Part shown: positions 19,518 to 27,996 of the stretch, in pieces
How positions within the stretch are numbered: position 1 is the stretch's first letter
Layout: every line of letters begins with the position of its first letter
Origin: Thermodesulfobacteriota bacterium
GTDB lineage: Bacteria; Desulfobacterota; Desulfobacteria; Desulfobacterales; SURF-7
NCBI GenBank assembly: GCA_049320885.1
Contig: JBMORA010000018.1
Coordinates: 64,001 to 128,000 of the forward strand
Direction: 5' to 3'
DNA length: 64,000 nucleotides
Notes under the pieces: generated by a model
What the model saw: only the letters and a program-made list of their open reading frames with translations
Told to the model about the DNA's origin: nothing
Databases searched by the model: none
Position numbers and translations under genes: made by a program

Positions 19518-19970
19518 CTATCTCGTATCCCAGTTGCTGATGTCCTTGTTAAATTCTTCACCACCGACAGCTCCGTCGGCGCCATAGCTGATGATATCAT
19601 AGTCCCCCTGGAGCCCCGGACTCAGATAGATATAGTCATTTTCCCAGGGATCCTTCGGCACGGACCTCTTTTCCAGATATCCTCCACGGCGCCATTTCTT
19701 GGGCAAAACGCCCACGGTGGGCATCTCCACCAGGGCTAAAAGACCCTGCTCCGTCGTGGGATACATTCCGTTGTCCAGTTTGTACAATTTCAAGGCCGAC
19801 TCCAGCGCCACGATATCCATCCTGGCTTTATTTTGCCGGGCCTCATCGGGCGCTTCCATGAAATTGACCGTGATAATGGTCGCCAGGATACCCAGTATCA
19901 CGATGACCACCATCAATTCAATAAAAGTGAAGCCGGCATTGTCGACTGCAACCCATCGTGTTCTTTTCAT
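19518..19970 (-). CDS. gspG: Type II secretion major pseudopilin GspG
   Basis: [65 protein letters not shown]. Confidence 0.96.
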   Translation of the reverse strand: MKRTRWVAVDNAGFTFIELMVVIVILGILATIITVNFMEAPDEARQNKARMDIVALESALKLYKLDNGMYPTTEQGLLALVEMPTVGVLPKKWRRGGYLEKRSVPKDPWENDYIYLSPGLQGDYDIISYGADGAVGGEEFNKDISNWDTR

Positions 19971-20082
19971 CAATTTACTTCCTCCAGGCTCTATCCGGTT
20001 GAATTTGAATACATTGTATGAAGTTTGCGTTCAACTTCTCCGAATGGGTTTCAGCATACGGCATCCCGGAGCGGGAATCAAG

Positions 20083-20457
20083 TCATCCGGTTGTGCCGCG
20101 GTTTTGAATTTCCTGGAGGACTTTGCTGGAAAATCCACGATCCATATCATCCAACGCAAAGGTCAGGGCCGCTTCGATCAGCGCGGATTTATTTTCAATG
20201 CGGACACCTGCCAATTTCAACTCATGGAACTTCCGGTTGAAACGCTCCAACAGTTCAGCGGACAAATAAAATCCCGCCTTTTTTTTACCCGCCGGGCTCA
20301 GTTCCTCCTGGATGGAGTTCTTTTGCCGGCTTTGCGCCGGTTCCATCCCCGGTCGATCCGCTCGCCCACGATTCTCTCCGGTTGCCGTTTTAACCGGATC
20401 GAACCCATCCTCCTCGAAAAAGGCAGGGAACCGGCTCCCATCAGAGGTCATCTCCAT
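20083..20457 (-). CDS. Small ParA-partner-like protein (disordered N-terminus, ribbon-helix-helix-like C-terminus)
   Basis: Overlaps the parA end by 17 bp and has a GGAGG RBS. KKKAGFYLSAELLERF...NKSALIEAALTFAL resembles a beta-alpha-alpha RHH fold (inference). Confidence 0.6.
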   Translation of the reverse strand: MEMTSDGSRFPAFFEEDGFDPVKTATGENRGRADRPGMEPAQSRQKNSIQEELSPAGKKKAGFYLSAELLERFNRKFHELKLAGVRIENKSALIEAALTFALDDMDRGFSSKVLQEIQNRGTTG

Positions 20458-21208
20458 TTACCCTCCTGATCAGTTTTTTGTATCCATCGGCCCCCACCGC
20501 CTTGTCCTTATATTCAAAGATCGTCAAGCCCAATGATGGGGCCTCCGACAGACGGACATTGTAATGGATTGGATCACAAATCTGCTTCTTGAACAATCGA
20601 CGGAGTTGAGTCAGGATTTCCAGGCTTTGCCTCGTTCGTTGATCGAACATGGTCGGCAGGATATATTTGAGTTGCAGTTCCGTGTTCAGTTTCTGGGCCG
20701 ACAACAGATAACCGAAGAACGTTTTCAGGCCCTCCAGGGAAGGCCCCTGCAAGGCCACTGGACAAAGAACTTCTTCCACGGCCATCAGGATATTGACACT
20801 TAAAACATCCCAGCCGGGTGCACAGTCAAAAATCAAATAATCAAGGGTTCCCTGCTTCGGCACCAGAATCTTTCCAAGGATCGTCTGGCGCACCTCCCGG
20901 GGCTGTTCACCCAGCCAATGCTTCAATTCCACCAGACCGATCCCCCCGGCCAGCAACCAGAGATTGTTCCGGCAGGGGAAAATAACTTCCTGCTTGGAAA
21001 CAAAAGAGCCGTTTTTGTCCCTGCCGGTCACGAATTCATATAGCCCGTAGGTCGGCTTGACTCCCAAAAATTTGGATGTTTGTCCCTGGGTGTCACAGTC
21101 CACCAGCAGTACCCGGTATCCCAGCATCGATAAACCGTGGGCCAGATTAACGGCAGTGGTTGTCTTTCCGACACCGCCCTTGGCCATGGCAATGGCGATT
21201 TTCCTCAT
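20441..21208 (-). CDS. ParA/Soj family ATPase (orphan)
   Basis: Deviant Walker A KGGVGKTTT, LLVDCDTQG, IFDCAPG, PTMFDQRT, VRLSEAPSLG. Start 21208 (or 21223). Confidence 0.92.
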   Translation of the reverse strand: MRKIAIAMAKGGVGKTTTAVNLAHGLSMLGYRVLLVDCDTQGQTSKFLGVKPTYGLYEFVTGRDKNGSFVSKQEVIFPCRNNLWLLAGGIGLVELKHWLGEQPREVRQTILGKILVPKQGTLDYLIFDCAPGWDVLSVNILMAVEEVLCPVALQGPSLEGLKTFFGYLLSAQKLNTELQLKYILPTMFDQRTRQSLEILTQLRRLFKKQICDPIHYNVRLSEAPSLGLTIFEYKDKAVGADGYKKLIRRVNGDDL

Positions 21209-21460
21209 GAGGCGAACTCCCATGGAAAAAAGTGGCTCTCGTGCAATCCTTCGACTGTATATTTTCCTTCTGTTAGATAATCAATAGGAACTTTTCCATT
21301 TTTCCGGATCACCGGGTCGGTGGAAAATCCACTCCTGGCCATTAGATTGTTCTTGCCCTTCCGTGCGGAATGCTATATGAAAAAAATGCCCTATTACCCA
21401 GAAAAAAAACACGCCGATATTCTTAACTAAAATGGGCAAATTCCCATAACATGGGTTTCG

Positions 21461-21481
21461 ATTGTGAAATATTTGCCATAC
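21461..21481. promoter_or_regulatory. Candidate transcription factor site, copy 1 (ATTGTGAAATATTTGCCATAC)
   Basis: 19/21 identical to 25081-25101. Related boxes lie at 21433-21448, 21378-21393 and 21285-21298. Confidence 0.6.
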
Positions 21482-21520
21482 GGAAGGGCGTAACGGCCGG
21501 AGGGAATTTCAGAGGCGGGG

Positions 21521-21910
21521 ATGACCAAACCATACAAAATGTTGATCATCGATGACAGCCAGGTAATACTTGGAACCTACAACAAATTTTTTACAAAAAA
21601 AAATTACCGCGTTATAACCGCCACCAACGGCCTGGATGGACTAAAACTGATCGAATCCGAAAAAGAGCGTTTCGACGTGGTGATCACCGATATCGTCATG
21701 CCCAACATCAGCGGTGTTGGGATCATCGCCATTGTGAAAAAAAAATACCCCGAAATCCCGATAATCGCCATAACGGGTTGGGGCGAACATCCGGAAGTTC
21801 TGGCTCTGGAAGCATCGGCGGACATGGTCCTCGAGAAACCCATCGATCTCATCGAGCTGGATAAAATCATCACCGACCTGATTCGCAAAAAAAAGCAAAA
21901 AATGGATTAG
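21521..21910 (+). CDS. Single-domain response regulator (REC)
   Basis: LIIDD, VVITDIVMP (phospho-Asp), ITG, EKP. Confidence 0.92.
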   Translation: MTKPYKMLIIDDSQVILGTYNKFFTKKNYRVITATNGLDGLKLIESEKERFDVVITDIVMPNISGVGIIAIVKKKYPEIPIIAITGWGEHPEVLALEASADMVLEKPIDLIELDKIITDLIRKKKQKMD

Positions 21911-21917
21911 CATCAAA

Positions 21918-22958
21918 ATGGGTCCTCCGATTATTGGCATCAGCAGGGAAATTGAACGGATCAACGATCTGATCAAACACGTGGCCGATACCGGCCTGAA
22001 CATCGTCATTTCAGGGGAAACCGGTGTCGGGAAGGAAGTCGTTGCCCAGAATCTCTATCAGAATTCGCCGCGTTTGGGAAAGCCGTTTGTGAAAGTGAAC
22101 TGTGCGGCGCTTCCCGAAGGCTTGCTGGAAAGCGAGTTGTACGGCTATGAAAAAGGCGCTTTTACAGGAGCGGATCAGAAACGGCGCGGTAAATTCGAAT
22201 TGGCCAACGGTGGCGTCCTGTTTCTGGATGAAATCGGCGATATGCCGCTATTGCTCCAATCCAAACTGCTGCATGTTCTCCAAAGCGGTGAATTCGCCCC
22301 GCTTGGTTCTGAAAAGGAGTTAAAAACCGATACATGGCTGATCGCGGCAACGAACCATAACCTGGAACAGGAAATCAAGGAGCGGAAATTCCGCGAAGAT
22401 CTGTTTTACCGGCTGAATATCATTACGATCCACGTGCCGCCCCTGCGGGAACGACCGGAAGATATTCCACACCTGATCGACTATTATATCACGATCTATA
22501 CTTCCAAATTCAACAACAAGCATATGTTGAAACCGAATTCACGCATTCTGGAAAAACTGGCCCTTTATCCATGGCCTGGCAATGTACGCGAACTTCAGAA
22601 TGTGCTGAAACGTGTTCTGGTGTTGGGAAGCTGGGATGATATCATCGCCGAATTGTTTGCCCGCAATTATTCACCGGAAGAACCACCTTCGGTTGCTCAA
22701 CAACCCCTTGCATCAACCACTGCCTTCGGCGATTCGCTTCTGCCGAAGGAGGATTTCAGCCGTCTCGAATCTTTTTCACTCAAGGAAATCAAGCGCCAAG
22801 CCCTTGACCGCGTGGAGAAGGACGCCATCTTGTATATCCTGGAAAAAACCGGCTGGAACCGAAGCAAGGCATCAAAAATACTTAAGATAAGCTATAAAAC
22901 CCTGCTCTATAAAATTCAGGACCTGCACATCCAGCCGCCCACAGACAAGGGATATTGA
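21918..22958 (+). CDS. Sigma54-dependent activator (AAA+ plus Fis HTH) with no N-terminal sensor domain
   Basis: GETGVGKE, ESELYGYEKGAFTGA, FLDEIGD, FREDLFYRL, WPGNVRELQN, C-terminal HTH. The AAA domain begins at about residue 5. Confidence 0.92.
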   Translation: MGPPIIGISREIERINDLIKHVADTGLNIVISGETGVGKEVVAQNLYQNSPRLGKPFVKVNCAALPEGLLESELYGYEKGAFTGADQKRRGKFELANGGVLFLDEIGDMPLLLQSKLLHVLQSGEFAPLGSEKELKTDTWLIAATNHNLEQEIKERKFREDLFYRLNIITIHVPPLRERPEDIPHLIDYYITIYTSKFNNKHMLKPNSRILEKLALYPWPGNVRELQNVLKRVLVLGSWDDIIAELFARNYSPEEPPSVAQQPLASTTAFGDSLLPKEDFSRLESFSLKEIKRQALDRVEKDAILYILEKTGWNRSKASKILKISYKTLLYKIQDLHIQPPTDKGY

Positions 22959-22974
22959 GTTCCAGAAACCGGTG

Positions 22975-24480
22975 TCAGGCCTGATCCTGCATATGGTATT
23001 TGGATAACAGGCGGGAAAGGTAGGTGCGCTGAATTCCCATCACCTTGGCGGCCTTGCTGCGATTGCCGTCCGTGTTTTCCAGATTCAGCCGGATAAATTC
23101 CTTTTTGAAGCGATTCAGCGCTTCATTCAGCGTCAGGCCCACCTGCATGCCGGGGAAATCCTGTTTGGCCATGAGAATCGGCAAATCCTCCGGCAGAACC
23201 TCCTGCCTGTTTCCCATAACCACGGCCCTTTCCAGTGCGTTTCGGAGCTCCCGCACATTTCCCGGCCAATCATACCGGATCATTTTTTCCAGCGCCTTTT
23301 GGGAGATCGCCAGGTGCTGCAGACCACGCTCCTGTTTGAATATATTCAGGTAATGGTCGGCGATCGGCTGGATATCGTCCCGGCGCTCCCGCAGGGGCGG
23401 CATCTCGATTCTGACGACGTTCAACCGGTAAAATAAATCCTCCCTGAATTTTCCTTCCGCAACATCCTGATCAATATTGCGGTTGGTCGCCGAAATCACC
23501 CGCACATTGACGAATATCGGGTTGTTGCCTCCCACCCGATAAAACATCCCTTCCTGCAGGACCCGTAAGAGTTTTGCCTGCATGCCGGGGCTCATTTCCC
23601 CGATTTCATCCAAAAAAATGGTCCCGCCGTCGGCCAGTTCGAATTTTCCGTTTTTTCTCGCCCCCGCTCCCGTATAGGCACCCTTCTCATGGCCGAATAG
23701 TTCGTCTTCCAACAAAGATTCCGGCAAGGCGGCGCAATTGAGTACCACCATGGGCTTGTTTTTTCGCGGTCCGACACGGTGGATCAGTCGCGCCAGCAAT
23801 TCCTTGCCCGTGCCGCTCTCTCCCAATATCAGTGTAGTGGTATCGGAGTCGGCCACCTTGAGAGCCTCGCCGATAACTTTCTTGATGGCCCGGCTTTCGC
23901 CGACAATCCGGTATTTGATGCCCAGTTCTTCCCGCAAGTCCTTGTTTTCTTTTTTAACCTGAATAACCTGACGGGCATTGCCGATTCCTTGCGCAGCCAA
24001 ATCAGCGAATTCGATAAGTATTCTTAGATCTATCTCTTGAAACTGCCCCCCGTCCGCCTTATCGATGATTTCCACCACACCGATGATCTCCTGACCGATT
24101 TTCATGGGCGCGCAGACGATTGAATGGGTGCGGAATCCGATGGAATCGCTGATCTCCTTGTTCCAACGTCCGTCCTGGGATACGTCCCGGATCAACAGGG
24201 GATTGCCGGTCTGGGCAACCTGACCAGCGATCCCTTTACCGAGTTCAATTTCAAATTGTTTGATTTCTTCTTTTTTTTCGCCAGTTGCGACCTTGAAATA
24301 CAATCTGCGGGTCTTCGGGTCCAGCAGCAGCAGGGAACCGGCCTTGGCCCGCATGATCCGGATGGCTTTTTCAATGGTGAATTCCAAAAACCGGTCCAGA
24401 TCGTGCAACGGCGATCCCCAAGACGGAAGTTCCTGTAAATCCTCGCTATCTCTTAGATATACGGGTGTTTTTGATTCCAT
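22975..24480 (-). CDS. GAF-domain sigma54-dependent activator (NifA/FhlA-like architecture)
   Basis: GAF (GKGIAGQVA, SIVCAPM), GESGTGKE, ELFGHEKGAYTGA, WPGNVRELRN, HTH. Confidence 0.93.
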   Translation of the reverse strand: MESKTPVYLRDSEDLQELPSWGSPLHDLDRFLEFTIEKAIRIMRAKAGSLLLLDPKTRRLYFKVATGEKKEEIKQFEIELGKGIAGQVAQTGNPLLIRDVSQDGRWNKEISDSIGFRTHSIVCAPMKIGQEIIGVVEIIDKADGGQFQEIDLRILIEFADLAAQGIGNARQVIQVKKENKDLREELGIKYRIVGESRAIKKVIGEALKVADSDTTTLILGESGTGKELLARLIHRVGPRKNKPMVVLNCAALPESLLEDELFGHEKGAYTGAGARKNGKFELADGGTIFLDEIGEMSPGMQAKLLRVLQEGMFYRVGGNNPIFVNVRVISATNRNIDQDVAEGKFREDLFYRLNVVRIEMPPLRERRDDIQPIADHYLNIFKQERGLQHLAISQKALEKMIRYDWPGNVRELRNALERAVVMGNRQEVLPEDLPILMAKQDFPGMQVGLTLNEALNRFKKEFIRLNLENTDGNRSKAAKVMGIQRTYLSRLLSKYHMQDQA

Positions 24481-24537
24481 GCGATCTCTCGGCGACGGTG
24501 GGAGGGTTCGGTATATTCCATCAACTCATGTGAACAG

Positions 24538-24566
24538 AACATATCCGAAAGCATGGATTGTGTCAA
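24538..24566 (-). promoter_or_regulatory. Putative sigma70 promoter of the GAF activator
   Basis: Minus strand reads TTGACA-17 nt-TATGTT, about 58 bp upstream of ATG 24480. Confidence 0.6.
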
Positions 24567-24638
24567 TTTATTGGATTCCCGGAAACAGGGGGGCTATGAA
24601 AAACGAGGCGGCGACTATTTCAACAGCTGTCGTATCCG

Positions 24639-24848
24639 CTATTTTACGGATAAACGCGGGACGGATCGCCGGTCTTCCCCGGAACGACGGTCAACGCCGC
24701 TGCGCCGCTCGGGAATATAGGAGGTGTAGGAGAACATCCTTCTGTCTCCGTCGCGTCGCCTGCCGCCGTTATCGGACAGATTTGTTTGTTCCAGATGATC
24801 GGACATATACATATTCACCAGCGTTTCCATGGCAAGGTTTTGGATCAT
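24639..24848 (-). CDS. Small Arg-rich protein with [DE]RR repeats
   Basis: ...DNGGRRRDGDRRMFSYTSYIPERRSGVDRRSGEDRR. Start could be 24848, 24830, 24812 or 24806. A sigma54 promoter lies upstream. Confidence 0.72.
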   Translation of the reverse strand: MIQNLAMETLVNMYMSDHLEQTNLSDNGGRRRDGDRRMFSYTSYIPERRSGVDRRSGEDRRSVPRLSVK

Positions 24849-24914
24849 AATACATCGGCTCTCATTATTTCAGCATGTTTTAGCATAATACCATCAACAT
24901 GGTGTCTTTTTAGA

Positions 24915-24931
24915 AGCAATATGCACGCCAG
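24915..24931 (-). promoter_or_regulatory. Sigma54 (-24/-12) promoter
   Basis: Minus strand CTGGCGTGCATATTGCT is GG-N10-GC and close to the TGGCAC-N5-TTGCW consensus; it points at the [DE]RR protein. Confidence 0.8.
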
Positions 24932-24980
24932 AATTCGAAAGCATCCCCGAGATCCTACGAACGCGTTATTAATTTATTGT

Positions 24981-24993
24981 TTTCAATATATTA
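24981..24993. promoter_or_regulatory. IHF-like site
   Basis: TTTCAATATATTA has one mismatch to WATCAA-N4-TTR. It sits in an AT-rich tract between the sigma54 promoter and the upstream motif. Confidence 0.45.
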
Positions 24994-25080
24994 TTCCAAT
25001 ATCCAATGGCCCTTGCCCCACTGTCCGGCTCCTACTGGGTAAGTTTTTTCCATATGAATTGGGAAATGTCCGCCTTAACA

Positions 25081-25101
25081 ATTCTGAAATAATTGCCATA
25101 C
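25081..25101. promoter_or_regulatory. Candidate enhancer (UAS) site, copy 2 (ATTCTGAAATAATTGCCATAC)
   Basis: 19/21 identical to 21461-21481 and about 150 bp upstream of the sigma54 promoter. Confidence 0.6.
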
Positions 25102-25161
25102 TCTCCCCCTTTCGCATTCTCCCGTCATGATTAATTCTTTTGTTCACCTTATATTTTTGTA

Positions 25162-25193
25162 TTGACAACCCACCCTCCCCACCGCTATATACT
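25162..25193 (+). promoter_or_regulatory. Putative sigma70 promoter of the tetR-sulP operon
   Basis: TTGACA at 25162-25167, followed 18 nt later by TATATA(CT); it abuts the operator palindrome. Confidence 0.55.
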
Positions 25194-25225
25194 GATCAAT
25201 TAGTCAGCCTGACTGATTGATCAGT
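25191..25225. promoter_or_regulatory. Double TetR-type operator (35-bp near-perfect inverted repeat)
   Basis: ACTGATCAATTAGTCAG-C-CTGACTGATTGATCAGT consists of two imperfect palindromes arranged as an inverted repeat, directly upstream of tetR. Confidence 0.75.
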
Positions 25226-25246
25226 TAATTTTTAACCTGGTTCCGA

Positions 25247-25843
25247 ATGCGCATGTCCAAAAAACAAGACATTCTGCGAGCAGCCATCACTCTTTTCGCC
25301 CTGAAGGGATTCAAGGACACGTCCATTACCCAGGTCGCTCAAATGATCGGCGTAGCCAGCGCCACGGTTTTCTACCATTTTAAAAACAAGGAAGAGCTTT
25401 TCATGGCTGTCCTCCAGGAAGTCCGCGAAGGAATTGTGAGCGAATCCCAGGCCTACTTCCAGGAGAACGAGTTTCATACAGGCATCGACATGGTAGAGGG
25501 CGCGGTCTCCCTTTATATTTACCTGGCTGGAATCCGCGAGGAATGGTTTTGCCTGCTTCACCGCCATCATGCATTCAAGCTGGCTGAAACCAATCCCCTC
25601 TGCCGGCGGTATCTGGAAGACATCTATAATTGTCTCGTGGATATTTTCGAGACCGCCCTTCGCCAGGGACAACGGGATGGCTCCGTGGACAGCTCTTTAT
25701 CACCCCGGAAAATGGCCCTGTTGGTTCTCACCATGGTTGACGGCATCGTGCGCCTGAAAACGGATAATTTGTACGATGCCGGCGCCTTGTATAATGATCT
25801 CATTTTGGCTTGTCGTCGTATGGTTGCAAACACTAGAAATTAG
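25247..25843 (+). CDS. TetR/AcrR family transcriptional regulator
   Basis: ILRAAITLFALKGF...VASATVFYHFKNKEEL HTH. Confidence 0.93.
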   Translation: MRMSKKQDILRAAITLFALKGFKDTSITQVAQMIGVASATVFYHFKNKEELFMAVLQEVREGIVSESQAYFQENEFHTGIDMVEGAVSLYIYLAGIREEWFCLLHRHHAFKLAETNPLCRRYLEDIYNCLVDIFETALRQGQRDGSVDSSLSPRKMALLVLTMVDGIVRLKTDNLYDAGALYNDLILACRRMVANTRN

Positions 25844-27976
25844 GTGATGCCGATGTTGCTGAAATTTTTTCCTTTTTTAAGCTGGTTCCATGATTACAAT
25901 CTGGACAAGTTGCGGACCGATGCCATGGCGGGTCTGACCGTGGCCCTGGTGTTGATCCCCCAGTCCATGGCGTACGCCCAATTGGCTGGAATGCCGTCCT
26001 ATTATGGCTTGTACGCCGCTTTCCTGCCACCCGTGATCGCCTCTCTTTTCGGCTCCAGCCGCCAGCTGGCCACCGGTCCCGTTGCCGTGGTTTCCCTGAT
26101 GACCGCCGCATCCCTCGCTCCGCTGGCCACCGCCGGCAGTGACGGCTACATCGCTTATGCCATCGCCCTGGCGCTCATTGTCGGCTTGTTTCAGTTTCTG
26201 CTGGGTGTCCTGCGGCTTGGGATCGTCGTCAATTTTTTATCCCATCCGGTGGTGAACGGTTTTACCAATGCCGCAGCCATTATCATCGCCTCCTCACAGT
26301 TTTCCAAACTCTTCGGCGTCACCGTGGATGAATCCGAACACCATTACGAAACCATCCTCCATGTCTGCCGGGCGGCTATTCAATACACCCATTGGCCGAC
26401 CTTCTGGATGGGACTCCTGGCCTTCAGCATCATGTACGGGCTGAAACGGCTGAACCCCAAGATACCCAATGTACTGGTGGCCGTGGCCATCACCTCGGTT
26501 ATCTCCTGGGCCGTGGGTTTTGAAAACAATCATTCGGCAAGCCTGGAGGCCATTGATTCCATGGAAACCAGGGAACTTATCGCCAAGTTCAACGAAGCCG
26601 TCACCTTGACGGATGCCGCCGCCATGGAACGGACGAACCTGACGCAGCAACTGGAAAAAGCCCAGAAAGAGGGCAATCCTTTTCAATTGCTGGAAGCGGA
26701 ACATGCCATCAACCGCATCAACCTCCGGATCGAAACCCACAAACACGAAGCCCATTCGTATCGGGAATCGTTGCGCAGCATGCTTTTTGTCACCGTGAAA
26801 AACCCGGAAGGGGCTCTCCGTTTTCGACTGAAAAAAGACGCACCCGGGGACGGGGACGGCCGAATCTGGCGGATCAAAGTCGGCAATTCCGCATTGAAGA
26901 CGGATAAGCTTCCCATGATGGGGGGCGGAGCAGTGGTGGGCGACGTACCGAAGGGATTGCCGTCCCTGATCATTCCGTCCATCAAACTCAGCGATGTGTT
27001 TCACCTGCTGCCCTTTGCCGCCATCATTTCCCTGCTGGGATTCATGGAAGCGATTTCCATCGCCAAGGCCCTCGCCGCCAAAACCGGCCAACGCCTGGAC
27101 CCGAATCAGGAATTGATCGGCCAGGGATTGGGCAACATCCTCGGAGCCATCGCTCAGAGCTACCCGACCTCCGGGTCGTTTTCCCGTTCGGCGGTCAATC
27201 TCCAGGCCGGAGCGGTAACCGGACTTTCCAGCGCCTTCACCAGCCTTACGGTGCTGATTGTCCTGCTGTTTTTAACCCCGCTCCTGTATCACTTGCCCCA
27301 GTCGGTGCTCGCGGCCGTAATCATGATGGCGGTGATCAGCCTGCTCAATGTATCCGGTTTCATCCACGCCTGGCGGGCCCAGTGGTATGACGGCGCCATC
27401 TCCATCATCACTTTTATCTTCACCCTTGCGTTCGCGCCCCATCTTGACAAGGGCATCATGATCGGGGTGGTGCTGTCGCTGGGGGTTTTTTTGTATAAAA
27501 GCATGCGACCGACGGTCACTTCGCTTTCCCGCCATGAAGACGACGCCCTGCGCGACGCCGTTTTTCACGGACTCCGGGAATGTGAGTATATCGACATGAT
27601 CCGGTTCGAAGGGCCGCTCTTTTTCGCCAATGCCAGTTATCTGGAAGACCAGATCAACGATCGCATGCTGCACCGTAAAAAACTGAAACATATGATTATC
27701 GTGGCCAATGCCATCAACGACGTTGACGCCTCCGGAGAGGAAGTTCTTTCCCTGTTGATCGACAACATCAGAAGCGCGGGAGTGGAGATTTCTTTCAGCG
27801 GGGTCAATGAATCCGTAATGATGGTTCTGGAGCGCACGCATCTGATCGCCAAAATCGGCAGGAACAACATCTACCCGACCATGGAAAAAGCGATTTGTGC
27901 GGTACATGGTCAGGCCCACCAGAACGGGGCCGAAGCGCTTTGCCCATTGACAACGGTTTGCCGCATTGCTTCGTAA
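25844..27976 (+). CDS. SulP family anion (sulfate) permease with STAS domain and a large loop insertion
   Basis: DAMAGLTVALVLIPQSMAYAQLAG, FGSSRQLATGP, NQELIGQG, GSFSRSAVN, STAS (FEGPLFFANA, DASG). The start may be 25853. Confidence 0.94.
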   Translation: MMPMLLKFFPFLSWFHDYNLDKLRTDAMAGLTVALVLIPQSMAYAQLAGMPSYYGLYAAFLPPVIASLFGSSRQLATGPVAVVSLMTAASLAPLATAGSDGYIAYAIALALIVGLFQFLLGVLRLGIVVNFLSHPVVNGFTNAAAIIIASSQFSKLFGVTVDESEHHYETILHVCRAAIQYTHWPTFWMGLLAFSIMYGLKRLNPKIPNVLVAVAITSVISWAVGFENNHSASLEAIDSMETRELIAKFNEAVTLTDAAAMERTNLTQQLEKAQKEGNPFQLLEAEHAINRINLRIETHKHEAHSYRESLRSMLFVTVKNPEGALRFRLKKDAPGDGDGRIWRIKVGNSALKTDKLPMMGGGAVVGDVPKGLPSLIIPSIKLSDVFHLLPFAAIISLLGFMEAISIAKALAAKTGQRLDPNQELIGQGLGNILGAIAQSYPTSGSFSRSAVNLQAGAVTGLSSAFTSLTVLIVLLFLTPLLYHLPQSVLAAVIMMAVISLLNVSGFIHAWRAQWYDGAISIITFIFTLAFAPHLDKGIMIGVVLSLGVFLYKSMRPTVTSLSRHEDDALRDAVFHGLRECEYIDMIRFEGPLFFANASYLEDQINDRMLHRKKLKHMIIVANAINDVDASGEEVLSLLIDNIRSAGVEISFSGVNESVMMVLERTHLIAKIGRNNIYPTMEKAICAVHGQAHQNGAEALCPLTTVCRIAS

Positions 27977-27996
27977 ATGAAATAGGGAGGTTATCC

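Noticed and set aside
20053..20068. Sigma54-like GG-N10-GC upstream of gspG (CGGGATGCCGTATGCT on the minus strand)
   Set aside because: The spacing fits but the flanking bases match the consensus poorly.
23665..23682. GAYTGA instead of GAFTGA as a sign of an inactive activator
   Set aside because: GAYTGA occurs in functional activators of the XylR/DmpR type, so it is not evidence of inactivity.
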